The notes under the pieces were generated by a model, which made no database searches, was not told where the DNA came from, and saw only the letters and a list, made by a program, of their open reading frames with translations. The translations under genes and the position numbers were made by a program. From Octopus vulgaris (taxonomy: Eukaryota), in NCBI GenBank assembly GCA_951406725.2, contig OX597820.1:98022001-98086000 (forward strand): a stretch of DNA of 64,000 bases, in the 5' to 3' direction. How positions within the stretch are numbered: the stretch's first letter is position 1; every line of letters begins with the position of its first letter. Positions 1 to 13,775 of this stretch are shown one piece after another.

Positions 1-493
1 TTGCACAATAACGTGTACAAAAGGTCAATATCAGTGTAATGTAAATATTTAGATAAAACTACAAAAGTCTCGCTATAACAATTTACTGTAATTTTGTCGG
101 TCGAATTTTCAGAATTAAAAGAAACAGAAGAATTATTTTATATTATACATAATAAAGTTTATCAGTTGAAGAACAAGGAGAGAGAAAAATAAGTAGAGGA
201 GGAAGGCAAACGAGAGAAAAGATGTGTAGAAATGTAAGCAATAAACCATTGAGATATTAAAAGTTTAACTTAGAGAAAAAAGGTGGATGGTTAGAAAAGA
301 ATCAACAGCTTTTGTGAAGTTATATGAGTGAGGAAGACATTGTTTAGGGAGGAGAAATCACTATCAGTAACTGCTTTCATATTTTTGGTATGATATATTT
401 TCAAGATTCTAAACAATCGCTTGAAAATTAAAATATTAAAAGAATCAGGAATATTTAAAGTTGTCATCAAAGCTATTTCAATAGAAATTGGTA

Positions 494-1321
494 TATGCAT
501 ATATTTTATTTATTACACTATTGTATGACTGAGCGCACTCGCGTCGATTCGATTCGATTCGTTTCGTTTCTTCTTGTCCAAGTACTGTTTTTATATATAA
601 TTATGACGCGAAACACTATACCTCTTTGCTTTACCTTCCCTTCTTTCCCTATCTCTCTCTCTCTCACTCCTCCTCATCTATCTCTCAGCCGCTTGTCTTC
701 CTCTATCTCTCTCTCTCTCTCACTCCTCCTCATCTCTCTCACAGCCAGCCAACTACTTCCTTTTACATGCGGCCTCCTAACTGTAAACACACGGTTTTTC
801 TTGCGCTCTCCAGAATCTTCCTCGTCTAGGCCCCAAAAAGGCCCTTTTCGTTTGTTTTCTTGTTTGTTTTTATATCTCGTATTGTATTTTTTTGTAATTG
901 TATTTTTATTTTGTATTTTATTTTGTATTTTATTTGTATCGTTTTTACGTCCTGTTTGTGTTACATTTTTTTCTTTCTTTGTTTTTACCCCTCTGCGAAG
1001 TAATTTTATTTAATTCTTTCGCAGGAAGGGCTAGTTCGACGAGTCGTGTTCTGTCTTCACCTTCGAAATACGCTGAAGTTGAACTAGGGACAGCTGATGA
1101 AGGGGATTTTTCCTTGTGTAGTTTGTCTTGTACTCTGTTTTTCGTAGTAAAAAAGTGTCTGTTCCATGCTTGTTTTTACGTTTTCGTTTCTCGTTGAGTT
1201 CTAGGTCTATTTGTGGTGTCCTGTACTCACGTATATATATTTATATATGCATGTATATATACATGTAGATGTAGGTACATACATATATGTATGTATGCAT
1301 ATATTTTATTTATTACACTAT
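494..1321 (+). mobile_element. Non-coding Penelope-terminal-repeat-like element bounded by a 28-bp direct repeat
   Basis: TATGCATATATTTTATTTATTACACTAT occurs at 494-521 and 1294-1321. There is an internal degenerate hammerhead-like module at 1031-1100, and the layout resembles 8405-8765 and 38580-38985. Confidence 0.55.
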
Positions 1322-1337
1322 ATATATATATATATAT

Positions 1338-1737
1338 TCTTTTACTCTTTTACTTGTTTCAGTCATTTGACTGTGGCCATGCTGGAGCACCGCCTTTAAT
1401 CGAGCAACTCGACCCCGGGACTTATTCTTTGTAAGCCCAGTACGTATTCTATCGGTCTCTTTTTGCCGAACCGCTAAGTGACGGGGACATTAACACACCA
1501 GCATCGGTTGTCAAGCTATGTTGGATGGGACAAACACAAACATACACGCACACACACATATATATATACATATATACGACGGGCTTCTTTCAGTTTCCGT
1601 CTACCAAATCCACTCACAAGGCTTTGGTCGGCCCGAGGCTATAGTAGAAGACACTTGCCCAAGGTGCCACGCTGTGGGACTGAACCCGGAACCATGTGGT
1701 TGGTAAACAAGCTACTTACCACACAGCCACTCCTACG

Positions 1738-1740
<3 letters not shown>
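1338..1740 (-). mobile_element. tRNA-derived SINE family 1, full length
   Basis: A-box-like TGGCTGTGTGG, B-box-like GGTTCAGTCCC, CTTGGGCAAGTG, internal TA/TG microsatellite and a (GTAAAAGA)n tail. Near-identical to 2274-2697 in opposite orientation. Confidence 0.9.
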
Positions 1741-1771
<31 letters not shown>

Positions 1772-2273
1772 TGTTATTTGAGATAGGGGAATCACTCTCA
1801 TTAGCATTTCTCAGATATTTGATCTCTTAAATGCTTTAAATTATGTTCTAAAACATTTATGTATACAAGCAGATATCAGCTCTGAATGACGATTAAGAAG
1901 AGAGAATTTTGAAAACAATATTTCACAAATGTAAAATTCTCCCAAAACTGAGGAAAGTTTGTGATGCAAAGCACCAGATATATAAAACTGCAATATCATT
2001 AATATCAAACAAATATTTCGATCTCATTGAAAGAATTATACGAAAGTTATCGAAATACCATTATAAAATGTAATAGTTTTCCTTGTGGGTAAGGTAATAT
2101 GAATTTCAGAACCAGTAATTAATGGGAAGATTTTTTGTCATCCGTCAAAAGGTGGTCGGAATTGATGGGTTAGCTTTCCTTTATGTCAACTTGTACAAAT
2201 TTTCAAATTGTAACCAGTAATAGGGTCGGTAATTTTACTTTGGACAATCTTCTATCAAGAATATGCATACTAT

Positions 2274-2697
2274 AGGCGCAGGAGTGGCTGTGTGGTAAGT
2301 AGCTTGCTAACCAACCACATGGTTGCGGGTTCAGTCCCACTGCGTGGCATCTTGGGCAAGTGTCTTCTGCTGTAGCCCTGGGCCGACCAATGCCTTGTGA
2401 GTGGATTTGGTAGACGGAAACTGAAAGAAGCCTGTCGTATATATGTATATATATATATATATGTATGTATGTGTGTGTTTGTGTGTCTGTGTTTGTCCCC
2501 CTAGCATTGCTTGACAACCGATACTGGTGTGCTTATGTCCCCGTCACATAGCGGTTCGGCAAAAAGAGACCGATAGAATAAGTACTGGGCTTACAAAGAA
2601 TAAGTCCCGGGGACGATTTGATCGACTAAAATGCGGTGCTCCAGCATGGCCGCAATCAAATGACTGAAACAAGTAAAAGAGTAAAAGAGTAAAAGAG
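2274..2697 (+). mobile_element. tRNA-derived SINE family 1, full length
   Basis: Same structure as 1338-1740. Tail (GTAAAAGA)3; a short ACTATA duplication at both flanks. Confidence 0.9.
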
Positions 2698-3197
2698 ACT
2701 ATATTACCTTTTAATAAGATTTGTAATTTTAGATTTTATTTATAAAATTTGTTTTATGTTGTTTATGTCTGAAATACTGGTTTGTAATGCTAAAAGTTGT
2801 AGTTATTCCCAATATCTAAACCGGTTGCTATTATACTTTGAGTTTATACGTAGATGTTATTTAAAATGATTAAAGTTCGTTTTTTCATGTAAGTGTGGGT
2901 AATTCAAGTTATATAGGTTTCATAAAGTTTTTAATCTTTGTTGAATATTATATAAAGTTGTTAGAAGTAAACGTTTATGATTCCAGATTTTTCCAGAATT
3001 GGTTTGTGGTATCTCTCGATGTTTTATTCAGCTCATATTGTCAAGTATACATAAACGGCTTATAATGCTAAATCATTTTACATCATTTATCAGATTAAAT
3101 AACTGAGAATTGTTAACGTGAGCGATTTCTCCTTCTCAAATAATATATTGATTACAATTTCATATATAACTTATTCTTTTCTTTTCTTTTTCTTTTT

Positions 3198-3396
3198 CGA
3201 CCAGACCATCAGATGTTGTTACACATCGCTGGTCACAATGCGTTCGCATTGTTTTAGCCTTTGAATGACGCCACCCCGCTGGCTAAGCGAGCAGGCCAAC
3301 AGAAGAAAGAGTGGTGAAAGAGTACAGCAGGGATCACCACCCCCTGCCGGAGCCTCGTGGAGCTTTTAAGTGTTTTCGCTCAATAAACACACACAA
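3198..3396 (-). mobile_element. SINE family 3 (RTE-tailed), 5'-truncated
   Basis: The reverse complement matches 47670-47890, including CATTGTGACCAGCGATGTGT..CAACATCTGAT. Confidence 0.8.
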
Positions 3397-3814
3397 ATCC
3401 TCCACATATAACTTATTATTTTGCGATATTTTTAAAAACTTTATTCTTAATATTAAGGATTCTTTGGATAATCTTCAATGCATTAAGCCAAAGCAATAAA
3501 AGAAGTTGAATGATTTCTCCTTCCTAACGAACGTCTTTCTAACAGTTATGATGTACGAAAAATTCCCTTTATACCAGTGATTTCTTTCTAAGCAACCATT
3601 TGTTTCTTACTGTTTAATCATTGAGCAACTTATGAACACTGTTGATAATTTCTCTTCCTCAACGTTCTTTTCTCTCGAATATTTCTCTCTCAATCCTCCT
3701 AAAATCCTAATCTTTATTATACAAACAATATTTATTTTAGCGTTCATCACGATAAGTCTGAAGGTTGAACCGATGAATCTACAAGTTATAAACCGGAAAT
3801 TTCTTTTCTGATGA

Positions 3815-3998
3815 TGCCGGGCGAAATACTTAGCGTTACTTCGTCTGTCTTTATGTTCTGAGTTCAAATCCGCCGAGGTTGACTTTGCTTTTCATCCTTC
3901 GGGAGTCGATAAAATAAATACCAGTTGCATACTGGGGACGATCTAACCGACTGGCCCCCCTCCCCTCAAATTTTGGGTTTGTGCCTAGAGCGTAAAAG
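3815..3998 (+). mobile_element. SINE family 2, 5'-truncated, tail variant B
   Basis: GCCGGGCGAAAT...GTTCTGAGTTCAAAT...TTTCATCCTTCGGGAGTCGATAAAAT core shared with 19112, 34682 and 62972. Confidence 0.8.
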
Positions 3999-5099
3999 TA
4001 TATATGTATTTGTAAAAGTATGTATAGTATGTCAGAATGTGTTTTTCAGATTGTATATGCGTGCATATAGTTTCCCTGGGGTCATGTATGATGCATGTGT
4101 GTGTGTTTTATGTGTTCAAGTGTGTAGGTAGTATGTTCGAGTGCATATGTATGTGTGTATATCGTGATTGGGTGTATATGAATCTGTGTGCGAAGTGTGA
4201 CCAAATGTAAGTGTATCTGAGCTGTAATGCGTTCGAACGTAAATGTACCTGTGCATTATTTATTCTGTTCATGCGTATAAGTATTTCTGCGTGCGTTGAA
4301 CGTAAAGTTAATGTCTAGATGTCCACTGAGAATACCTCTGTGGTTAAAATATTGCGCAATAGGACCAAATCCAATATCATATCACTACCATGTAAATTTG
4401 AGCTTTGATCCTTTTGTGTAGCTTATTGGTCAACGGCTTCTGTCAAAACTTTTGGTCAATCCAAGCCTGTGAGTGAAATTTGGAAGACGAAAGCAGTGAA
4501 AACGTGTTCATGGGACCTTCTTTCTCGTAATTGGTAGTTTTAAATGCACTGGGCTATTTAACACCACCGTATAGTTGATGGGTGTCCCTTACTATATTCC
4601 ACTGTGTTGCAAGTATTCGATTTAAGTCTCTGGACAGAGATTAACTTCTCTACTTCCCAGTAGTCTTGGGGACTCTGAAAATGTTCATGGGTGTGCTGTC
4701 CTTTCTCTTTTGCTTAAAAAATTTCAATACATCAATAAGATTGTAGTAAACATTGATGTATATGAATGCGCTCAGTTAGGATAATATTACATAATTCAAG
4801 TTATACACTCATAAAGTATATAAATTTAAGGAAGTATTAAGTTCGAGAGAGCTAACGTGGATCAAATATTCCATTGTATGTTGCTGACGTCATAAGAATT
4901 TGGAAGGCGAAAGCAGTCATAAGAATTGGGAAACTTAGGGACCGAGGAATAATTCTGTTTTGGAACACTGGATCTCGAAGCAGAATCTTGAAGCAGTTAA
5001 CATAAATAATAGCGTGTAAATATGAAGTTAGATAACCCTTATTATAAAAACAAGTCGAAGGCTGTCCGTGGGACTCGAACCCACATATTTACAAGGAAT

Positions 5100-5398
5100 A
5101 TGGCTTCGAATCACACGGGTAGTCTTCGATCGTAAAGTCATGCGTTCGATTTTCGGCTATACGTTGTGTCCTTGATCAAGACACTTTATTTAACGTTGCT
5201 TCAGTCAACTCTGTTGGGAAAAAAATGAGTTGTACATGCAACTCAAATGGCCACGCTGAATCGCTGAGTCTCCCTGAGAACTGCGTAAAGGGTGTGAGTG
5301 TTTGTGGAGTACTCAACTACTTGTACGTTAATTTCACAACTAGACTGTTCCGTTGATAGGGTCAAGTGGAACCCTTGTCGTTGTAACCGAAGGAGTGC
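5100..5398 (+). mobile_element. Degraded tRNA-derived SINE with CORE-like TTGTGTCCTTGANCAAGACAC motif (family 4)
   Basis: B-box-like GCGTTCGATT followed by CGTTGTGTCCTTGATCAAGACACTTT. Related motifs at 55720-55964 and 63460-63637. Confidence 0.55.
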
Positions 5399-5500
5399 AG
5401 TTACTTGTAATATTTCTAACGGTCCTACAAGAAGAAAAAGTAAAGCATACTCGGGCTAAATTTGAACGCTGAACGTAGACGTACGCAACTAAATACCTAT

Positions 5501-5729
5501 TTCTTTATTACCCACAAAGGGCTAAACACAGAGGGAACAAACAAGGACAGACATAGGTATTAAGTCGATTACATCGACCCCAGTGCGTAACTGGTACTTA
5601 ATTTATCGACCCCGAAAGGATGAAAGGCAAAGTCGACCTCGGCGGAATTTGAACTCACAACGTAACGCAGACGAAATACTGCTAAGCATTTCGCCCGGCG
5701 TGCTAACGTTTCTGCCAGTTCTGCCAGTT
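5501..5729 (-). mobile_element. SINE family 2 (tail A) with 17-bp target-site duplication
   Basis: CGCAACTAAATACCTAT at 5484-5500 and 5730-5746. The body matches 41087-41308 and the reverse complement of 34682-34912. Confidence 0.9.
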
Positions 5730-7210
5730 CGCAACTAAATACCTATAGGCATTCTCTTCACCCTCTACTGATTCTGCCCATTCATCATGTTTTTGTTACC
5801 TTAAAATATATCCCATGTAATACAATTATTTTTTTTTTCCCTATTCGTCTCTCTTAGAATATTTTATGCCTTTTATTTATATTTCTATGATTTGAATGTT
5901 TTCCTTTCCATTTATTTATTGCGTTTATTTATTGCGTTTCCATACAAAAACATTCGCCCCTCCCCCTTTCATCTACATTAAAATTTCGATTGATATAATT
6001 GAAAATAATGATTGTGTGAAAACAATTAAATTTGTCGCCTTACTTTTATATTTAAATTGCATGTATTTCAATTTCCTGGTTAAACAATTCACCATCTGTT
6101 TCATTTTTATACATTATCGTAACATTATTCTTTGCACACGCAAATATAGTCAAACACACACGCATGCACACGGTCGCGTACACATACGCAGTGACACACA
6201 AACAAACACACACACACATACATACATATAGGCATACATTCATACATACGTACATATACGCATTCAGTCACGCGCACATGCACACAGTCATAAACAAGCA
6301 CACGCATATACAAACACGACATAAACATACACGCTCATGCAGACACATACTACACACGCATACACATACATGCATATACATGCATACATAAACACACACA
6401 CATATAGTACATGGACATTTTAATATAAAATATGTAATTAGACACACGCATACATAGACTTGTATATATATATGCATATATATGTGTGTGCAATGTCGCG
6501 ACGTATGTGCAAATTTATGCGTTATTTTCATTTATTATTTATGCTTACGTCCCCAACCCTTACACCACACATTCCTCATCAATTGTTTGACCTATTAAAT
6601 TGTTGTAATATTGTCAGGTTTCCTTATTGTATAATATTTTCTTTATTTTAATATATTATTTGGAATTCGGTCAAAATATATGCACTGGCTGTATAGTACG
6701 TGGGTCCACAGGGAGATTACATTTTGCAGGCTAACTGTTAAGAGTTGAAACTCCGGCGAGGTTTCAGATACATTAAGCGATACACTCCTTTTACGATAAC
6801 CTCTTGTACCTCTGAAAGACGAGCCCTCTTCGGATTCTTTCGGGAAAATAATTTTAGCATAGAGAGCCAAATAAAAGCAACTTTTTCACGGTACTTATTT
6901 CACATGATTCGCCATTGAACGTACTCATATGTAAATTAGTAATGGAAATAACTGTATACGAATGGCATTTATAGGCAGTCATATGCTATTGATTATCCCT
7001 GTAGGATTGACGAAGTAAATGTTCTTGACGATATGAGAAACTCGTCGAGTTGGGTCTTTGTTTGGTTTTTTGAGAGGGAGGGAAAGAGAGACAAAAAGAA
7101 AAAAAGAAGGAAAGAGAGAGAGAGAGACTATGATTAACTACTTGGGCTATTGGCACCCATGTAGATTTACTCATAAATTATTCCCAAATAATATGCTTCT
7201 GTTTTTTAAT

Positions 7211-7247
<37 letters not shown>

Positions 7248-7338
7248 TGTGTGTGTATGCGTGCGTGTGTATATATTATATATATAATATAAATAAATCA
7301 ATCTATATATATGCATGTGTATATATATATATAATATA

Positions 7339-7370
7339 CTAGCAGCGAATCCCGGTTTCACCCGGTCTGT
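7339..7370 (-). mobile_element. Helitron 3' terminus (extent of element not determined)
   Basis: A|CTAGCAGCGAATCCCGGTTTCACCCGG is the reverse complement of a GC-rich subterminal hairpin plus CTAG|T, like the ends at 10800, 29861, 54237 and 60828. Confidence 0.55.
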
Positions 7371-8404
7371 TTGGATGATGTTGCTGTGATCGTTTTCGGT
7401 TTGGCATAATCTATAACAGCGTTTCTCAACCTTATCATTTCGGATCCCCTGTTTCGATTGGAGATTCCAGCTGTATGAAAATTTCCTGACTCCCCACTCC
7501 ACCTTGTGAGGAAACAGCTTCAGGAGTTGTGAAGGACGAATTTGTACGTAGTCTGTTTCTGAGAGCTATTCTATTGAACCTCTGCCTAATCATTAAAACA
7601 TTGATTTAATTATGAACATAGAAACCCTATACATGAATCCCTATTTTTGTAAGCAGTTGTATCCGTAAAACTTTTATTTGCAGAGAGCAGAAATTGAAAG
7701 AAGATATATGAAATGGACGTGTGCATGTGTGTGTGTGTGTGTGTGTGTATGTGTGTGCGTGCTTGTGCGTGCGTGTGTATGTGAGAGAGAAAGAGGGTGA
7801 GAAATAGAGATAAAGTGAGTGAGTGAAGGTGTGTGTCGTGATGATTGAGGTCTTTTAAGGTACACGTACATACATAGAAAATGTCACAGTATAAAATTTT
7901 TACAATAGTTGATTTATGGAAAAGATTATGTTAAATTTTTGAAATGCAAATATTTGAACAAAAATTAAATTCAGACCTCTACATGGTAGCTACACCTGAT
8001 AGGAATAGCACCCTACTGTCCTAATCCGACAATTCCGCCTATTATGTAGTTTGGATTAGAAACTGTAACTAAAGATTAAGATTATTAACCCCACAAAGTG
8101 TTGAAAGAAGAGAGACAGCACAGCAAAAGTTTTCGCTGACTGTCATCCTCTACTCCCCTTGTTGTTAGCGAAATGGTATATGCCAGCTGTGTGAGCAACT
8201 GGTTGTTTTAATGGCGGAACAAGCAGGGAATTCCATTAGATAAGTTTTAATCCATTTTCTCTGTAAGTATGGGGGCTATGAAAAAAATTCTAACCGCATT
8301 TCAATGTATGCACCCGTCTACACATGTGTGCCATTTTTCATGTGAATCCACCCAACCGTTTGGCTGTGAACCTCAAGACAAGAAAGAATACAACGATCGC
8401 CCAT

Positions 8405-8765
8405 GTCTAATTTATATTTTAGATATATATACATGCATATATGGGTACAGGACGTTACCAACTGTGCAAATAACATGAAATACGTAAACAACGAGAAAAA
8501 ATGGAAAACAGGACAAGTAAACATAGAAAAAGGACCCTCCATCAGTTGTCGGCTGTCTATCTACTCCTCATTTCGAGCCTTCAACGACAATATGAGTCAT
8601 CAAAGACAGTTACCCCCATAAAATCTAAAATAATATTTAGGATTTATAGAGGGTCAGAGTCGGGAACAAATACATAACAGTGTAGACATACAAATAGATC
8701 GAATGAAAATAAACATGGAGGGTGTTAGACGATAGAAGAGAAAGAGAAATAAAACGTCCGCTCTT
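8405..8765 (-). mobile_element. Non-coding Penelope-terminal-repeat-like element (family B)
   Basis: Homologous to 38580-38985 in opposite orientation. Contains CTGTCT-TTGATGA...CTC-GAAA...AGACAG...CTGATGG at 8539-8609 (minus). Confidence 0.55.
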
Positions 8766-8806
8766 ACATACATACATACATACATACATACACAGTCATA
8801 CATACA

Positions 8807-8842
<36 letters not shown>

Positions 8843-8939
8843 TTTATATATATACATATATATATGTGTGTGTGTGTGTGTGTATATATACCGATATATG
8901 TATGTATGTATATATGTATGTATCACAGTATCAGAGTAT

Positions 8940-9220
8940 CGAACAGACTATCAGTTCAGATGCTGTTATACACCGCTGGTCACAATGTACTTCCAATTCT
9001 GTCTTGATTGTGCCATTCTTTCCCACCTTCATCCGAATTGCTAGAGTAAATCGTGTTTTCATCGCCGTGGAGGCTTTCCAAGTGGCCTTTTCCGATCTCT
9101 TGGATACAATTCAGCTACGATATGGGTCCACCTGTTGTTTGTGAACCTTGTAGCATGCCCAGTACAGCAGAACTTGTGATATAGTTAATCTCTGATTACA
9201 TCTTCCACTCTACTCGTAAA
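8940..9220 (-). pseudogene. RTE-clade LINE 3' end (C-terminus of ORF2 and 3' UTR)
   Basis: Minus-strand translation TGHATRFTNNRWTHIVAELYPRDRKRPLGKPPRR* matches the RTE C-terminal pattern W.GH..R..NRW......PR..KR..GRP..RW. Confidence 0.75.
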
Positions 9221-9748
9221 CTATATGCATACATACATACATACATACATACATACATACATACATACATACACACACACGCATACACGCACGTGCACAC
9301 ACATACATACACAAACAAATACCTAGTTTACAGTTCCAGTATAGATAGGATCAACAAAAATATACTCTATACAGTAAGAGAGAAATATCCTTTAATATAC
9401 ACAATTATACAAGGGCTACTAATAGTTCTATGCTTTAAGATACATTAAATTGGCATATTTACATAACATACTATATATTTATCTCTAAGCAATCTTTCAA
9501 GTTCAGTTCATAACGCTAGAAATATTTATACACCCAGGACACTGGTCAATGAGAAAACATGAGAAAAATGAGAAGAATACGCGAAGAAGGTTGATGCAGA
9601 AAACGAAACTAGAAGAAAGAAAAGTAAGAAAACCAAGACCTTAGTCTTTTTTGACTGCAGAAACTATGGTTAATGTAGCTGGTGCAAAATAATATAAGAG
9701 AAAAGAGGCCAAATCTTGTGAGATATCCAGTCAGTCCGGAGCAGTCAG

Positions 9749-9964
9749 TCACTTCGACGAAAGATATTCCTCATTGTTCTTGCATTTGCTGAAAATTTCG
9801 GATCTCGAATTAAGTAGTGTAGCTGAATTCTTAGACCAGAAAAGAGTGTGTGATCGTTCAGCTACGTATAATTTGCTTCGGTTTGATACACTTATATATA
9901 GCGTAGATTTCTCCACGATCTCCACTTGACTGCATATGGTGTGCTTTTGGTCTTCAATTCCCAT
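9749..9964 (-). pseudogene. Penelope-like GIY-YIG endonuclease C-terminal fragment
   Basis: EIVEKSTLY..VSNRSKLYVAERSHTLF...LLNSRSEIFSKCK resembles the PLE C-terminus W.I.......SKRCNLCL.EK..IL....LLNKRSE..SKCRH. Confidence 0.7.
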
Positions 9965-10563
9965 GCAGGACTAGTCAACTTAGCGACTTTACTTTTATCA
10001 ATGGCTTTTAAAATCGCCTTCGCATATTAGTTGGTGCGGTGTTGTAATAGAAGACACTTGCACAAATGCCACACAGCGGGACTGAATCCAAGTTGACGTG
10101 GTTCAAAAGCAAGTTTCTAAACCACATAGCGACGCCTCATACAAATGATATCAATCCATGCGATTTTTTAAACCAATAAGTTATAAAGTTAACACTGAAC
10201 AAGTTCCTCAGTAAGTTAGTCTAGGGAAATGATAATTAAAAATTTCATTTAATATTATATCCATTTAACATAAATTATATGTATAACCTATCATACTGAT
10301 TGATAAAAAATATGGCGTATTGAAACCACCATCACTGACTAAAATTGTATTAACTTCATCATGATTAATTTTATTACTTTTAAAACCCAACGGTAAACGT
10401 ACGAAACTTATCTGTTTTCTCTAGGATTTACAGTTTGTATGATATGTTATTTGGATTAACAGAATACTTTGAACTGATTTTCTTGCTGTTATATATTCTG
10501 TGTCAAAATTTCTGATAGAATGCTGACTTTGTACTTGCCTGCATTTCCTAAATTCCTATTCTC

Positions 10564-10566
<3 letters not shown>

Positions 10567-10595
<29 letters not shown>

Positions 10596-10692
10596 TGTAT
10601 GTATGTATGTATGTATGTATGTATGTATGTATGTATGTATGTATGTATGTATGTATGTATGTATGTATGTATGTATGCATGTATGTATGCAT
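10567..10692. repeat. (ATGT)n microsatellite
   Basis: Direct tandem ATGT array. Confidence 0.95.
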
Positions 10693-10799
10693 TTATATAT
10701 CTATCTTTCTATATATGTGTGTATATTTAGATATAATTATAAATGGCACAGTGATTAGGGTATACATATAAATATGAATGGCACAGTAAGTAGGATATA

Positions 10800-12109
<1,310 letters not shown>

Positions 12110-12975
12110 ATGAAATTAGCTTTGATGGGCCTTTACTTTTACTCCGACGACTTAACCTAAGCGACTGGAGAAACCCTCGAGTGAAACTTCAACTCCCAGT
12201 CAACACAAATTAATAATAAATGTGTTTATACTTTCAATATTAAATTTCCACAGCAGTAAATGTTCTGTTGTTATTCTTAAACTCGTTTTAATGTAATAGC
12301 CTTAAATTAACATTTACATTTAGATTAATATCCTTTAGTTCTTTAGTTTCACTTAGCAGTAACAATCAAAACTATGTTAAATCACAAACTTATGTGAGCG
12401 AGTGCGCTTTTGGTGTCCGTGTAGGTTTAGAGGCATGTGCCAACTCCATGAAAAAATATACTGAGTGATAACGCAACATGGCTTAGAAAACTTACTGGAA
12501 TTTTCGGCTAGTAATTGTTTGAAAGAAAACTGCTTATGTCTTTTCTATGTATTTTAGTAACATATTTTAAAAGTATGACTCTTTATGTGATTGAAAAGTT
12601 GTCGCTCGGAATTAGGGTTTATTTTCATTTTACGTTAGTTTCACATATTAATATCTTTAAATCAAAATATCAGATTTTGTTTTTGTGTGAATCACGTATA
12701 TAGACGATAAATTATAATTAACAACAGAATTGAAAGCAATGATACAGAGATGATATTTCTTACATATGGACAAACAGAAAACTGTAGGCTTCATTTCAGC
12801 TGAAATGACACATTTCTTTTGTATATATGGCTTTACGAACACACAAGTACGAATGCATGTTTGTTTGCAGCTGAAATAAAAACATATTGCTCCACATTTA
12901 ATAATCGACTGCTAATTTGCCACCTTGTTTTGCACTTATGTGCTCACGTGTGTGTGTGTGTGTGTGTGTGTCCTT

Positions 12976-13127
12976 AGGCGCAGGCGTAGCTGTGTGGTAT
13001 GAAGCTTGTTTCCCAACCGAATGGTTCCGGGTCCAGTCCCACGTTGGGCAAATGTCTTCTACTATAGTCTCGGTCCGACCAATGCCTTGTGAGTAGATTT
13101 GGTAGGCGGAACCTGAAAGAAGCCCGT

Positions 13128-13130
<3 letters not shown>
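12976..13130 (+). mobile_element. SINE family 1, 5' half
   Basis: AGGCGCAGGCGTAGCTGTGTGG...CTGAAAGAAGCCCGTTG, ending in the internal (TA)n tract. Confidence 0.8.
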
Positions 13131-13173
<43 letters not shown>

Positions 13174-13179
13174 CACATA

Positions 13180-13775
13180 GAAGCAAAATTTCTTTCCTGA
13201 GAGATCTTACTGCATGCAATCAAGCCCTATACATAGCATTCGTGGAAACTCACCTCAGCCCTGACATAGAGAATGCAGAAGTACACGTACCAAACTATGC
13301 CATACTGCGAACAGACAGAAGGGAAAGGAGCCATGGTGGAGTTGCTGTATACATCCGTGATGACCTCACACCCCAGGTCTTACTGTCATACTCAAATTCG
13401 GTATGTGACACTCTAATTGTATACATAAGACAACATAATATAGTCATATGCAATACATATTGCCCACCTGATGCTCCAAACCACATAGGCAAGTTTGAAG
13501 ATTGCCTCCCAAGAATTAAAGAAATCCTCATGAATCTGGAACACCACGTGACCATATTTCTTATGGATGATTTCAACTTCCCCAACGTCAAATGGCCCGA
13601 AGGTCTCATACTCTCAGGAATGACTCATTGAAAGCAAACACAGGTGGAGTCCCTGCTCAACCTCACCAATGCCTTATTCATGGAGCAAGTTGTACTCAAA
13701 CCAGTTAGGGCGAATAACCTTCTGGATCTCTGCTTCACGAACAATATGGACATCATCCATGATGTGAAAGTGACA
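13180..13775 (+). pseudogene. CR1/Jockey-group LINE apurinic-type endonuclease fragment
   Basis: ETHL, RTDR..HGGVAVYIR, YCPP, DFNFP and (in the next frame) NNLLDLCFTN motifs. Confidence 0.85.

Larger units (their letters stand above)
291..3100 (-). pseudogene. Highly decayed Penelope-like reverse transcriptase relic, interrupted by younger insertions
   Basis: Minus-strand pieces occur in the expected order: FVQVDIKES.PSI (~2165-2205, like PLE F.FDI..YPSI), LSSVLGEFY (~1930-1960), FR.DICL (~1860-1890), then a thumb-like ISIE...LNIPD...KIYH in ORF 291-500. Many stops and frameshifts. Confidence 0.4.

Noticed and set aside
3808-3835. CTGATGA-TGCCGGGC-GAAA-TACTTA hammerhead-like string
   Set aside because: It arises at the junction of a truncated family 2 SINE (GCCGGGCGAAAT) with its flank, and has no helix I or III.
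5070-5110. tRNA-like T-arm GTGGGTTCGAGTCCCAC on the minus strand
   Set aside because: No D arm, anticodon arm or acceptor stem could be built; at most a tRNA/SINE fragment.
7004-7056. TTGACGA..GAAACTCGTCGAGTT hammerhead-like pieces
   Set aside because: Core, helix II and helix I cannot be satisfied together.
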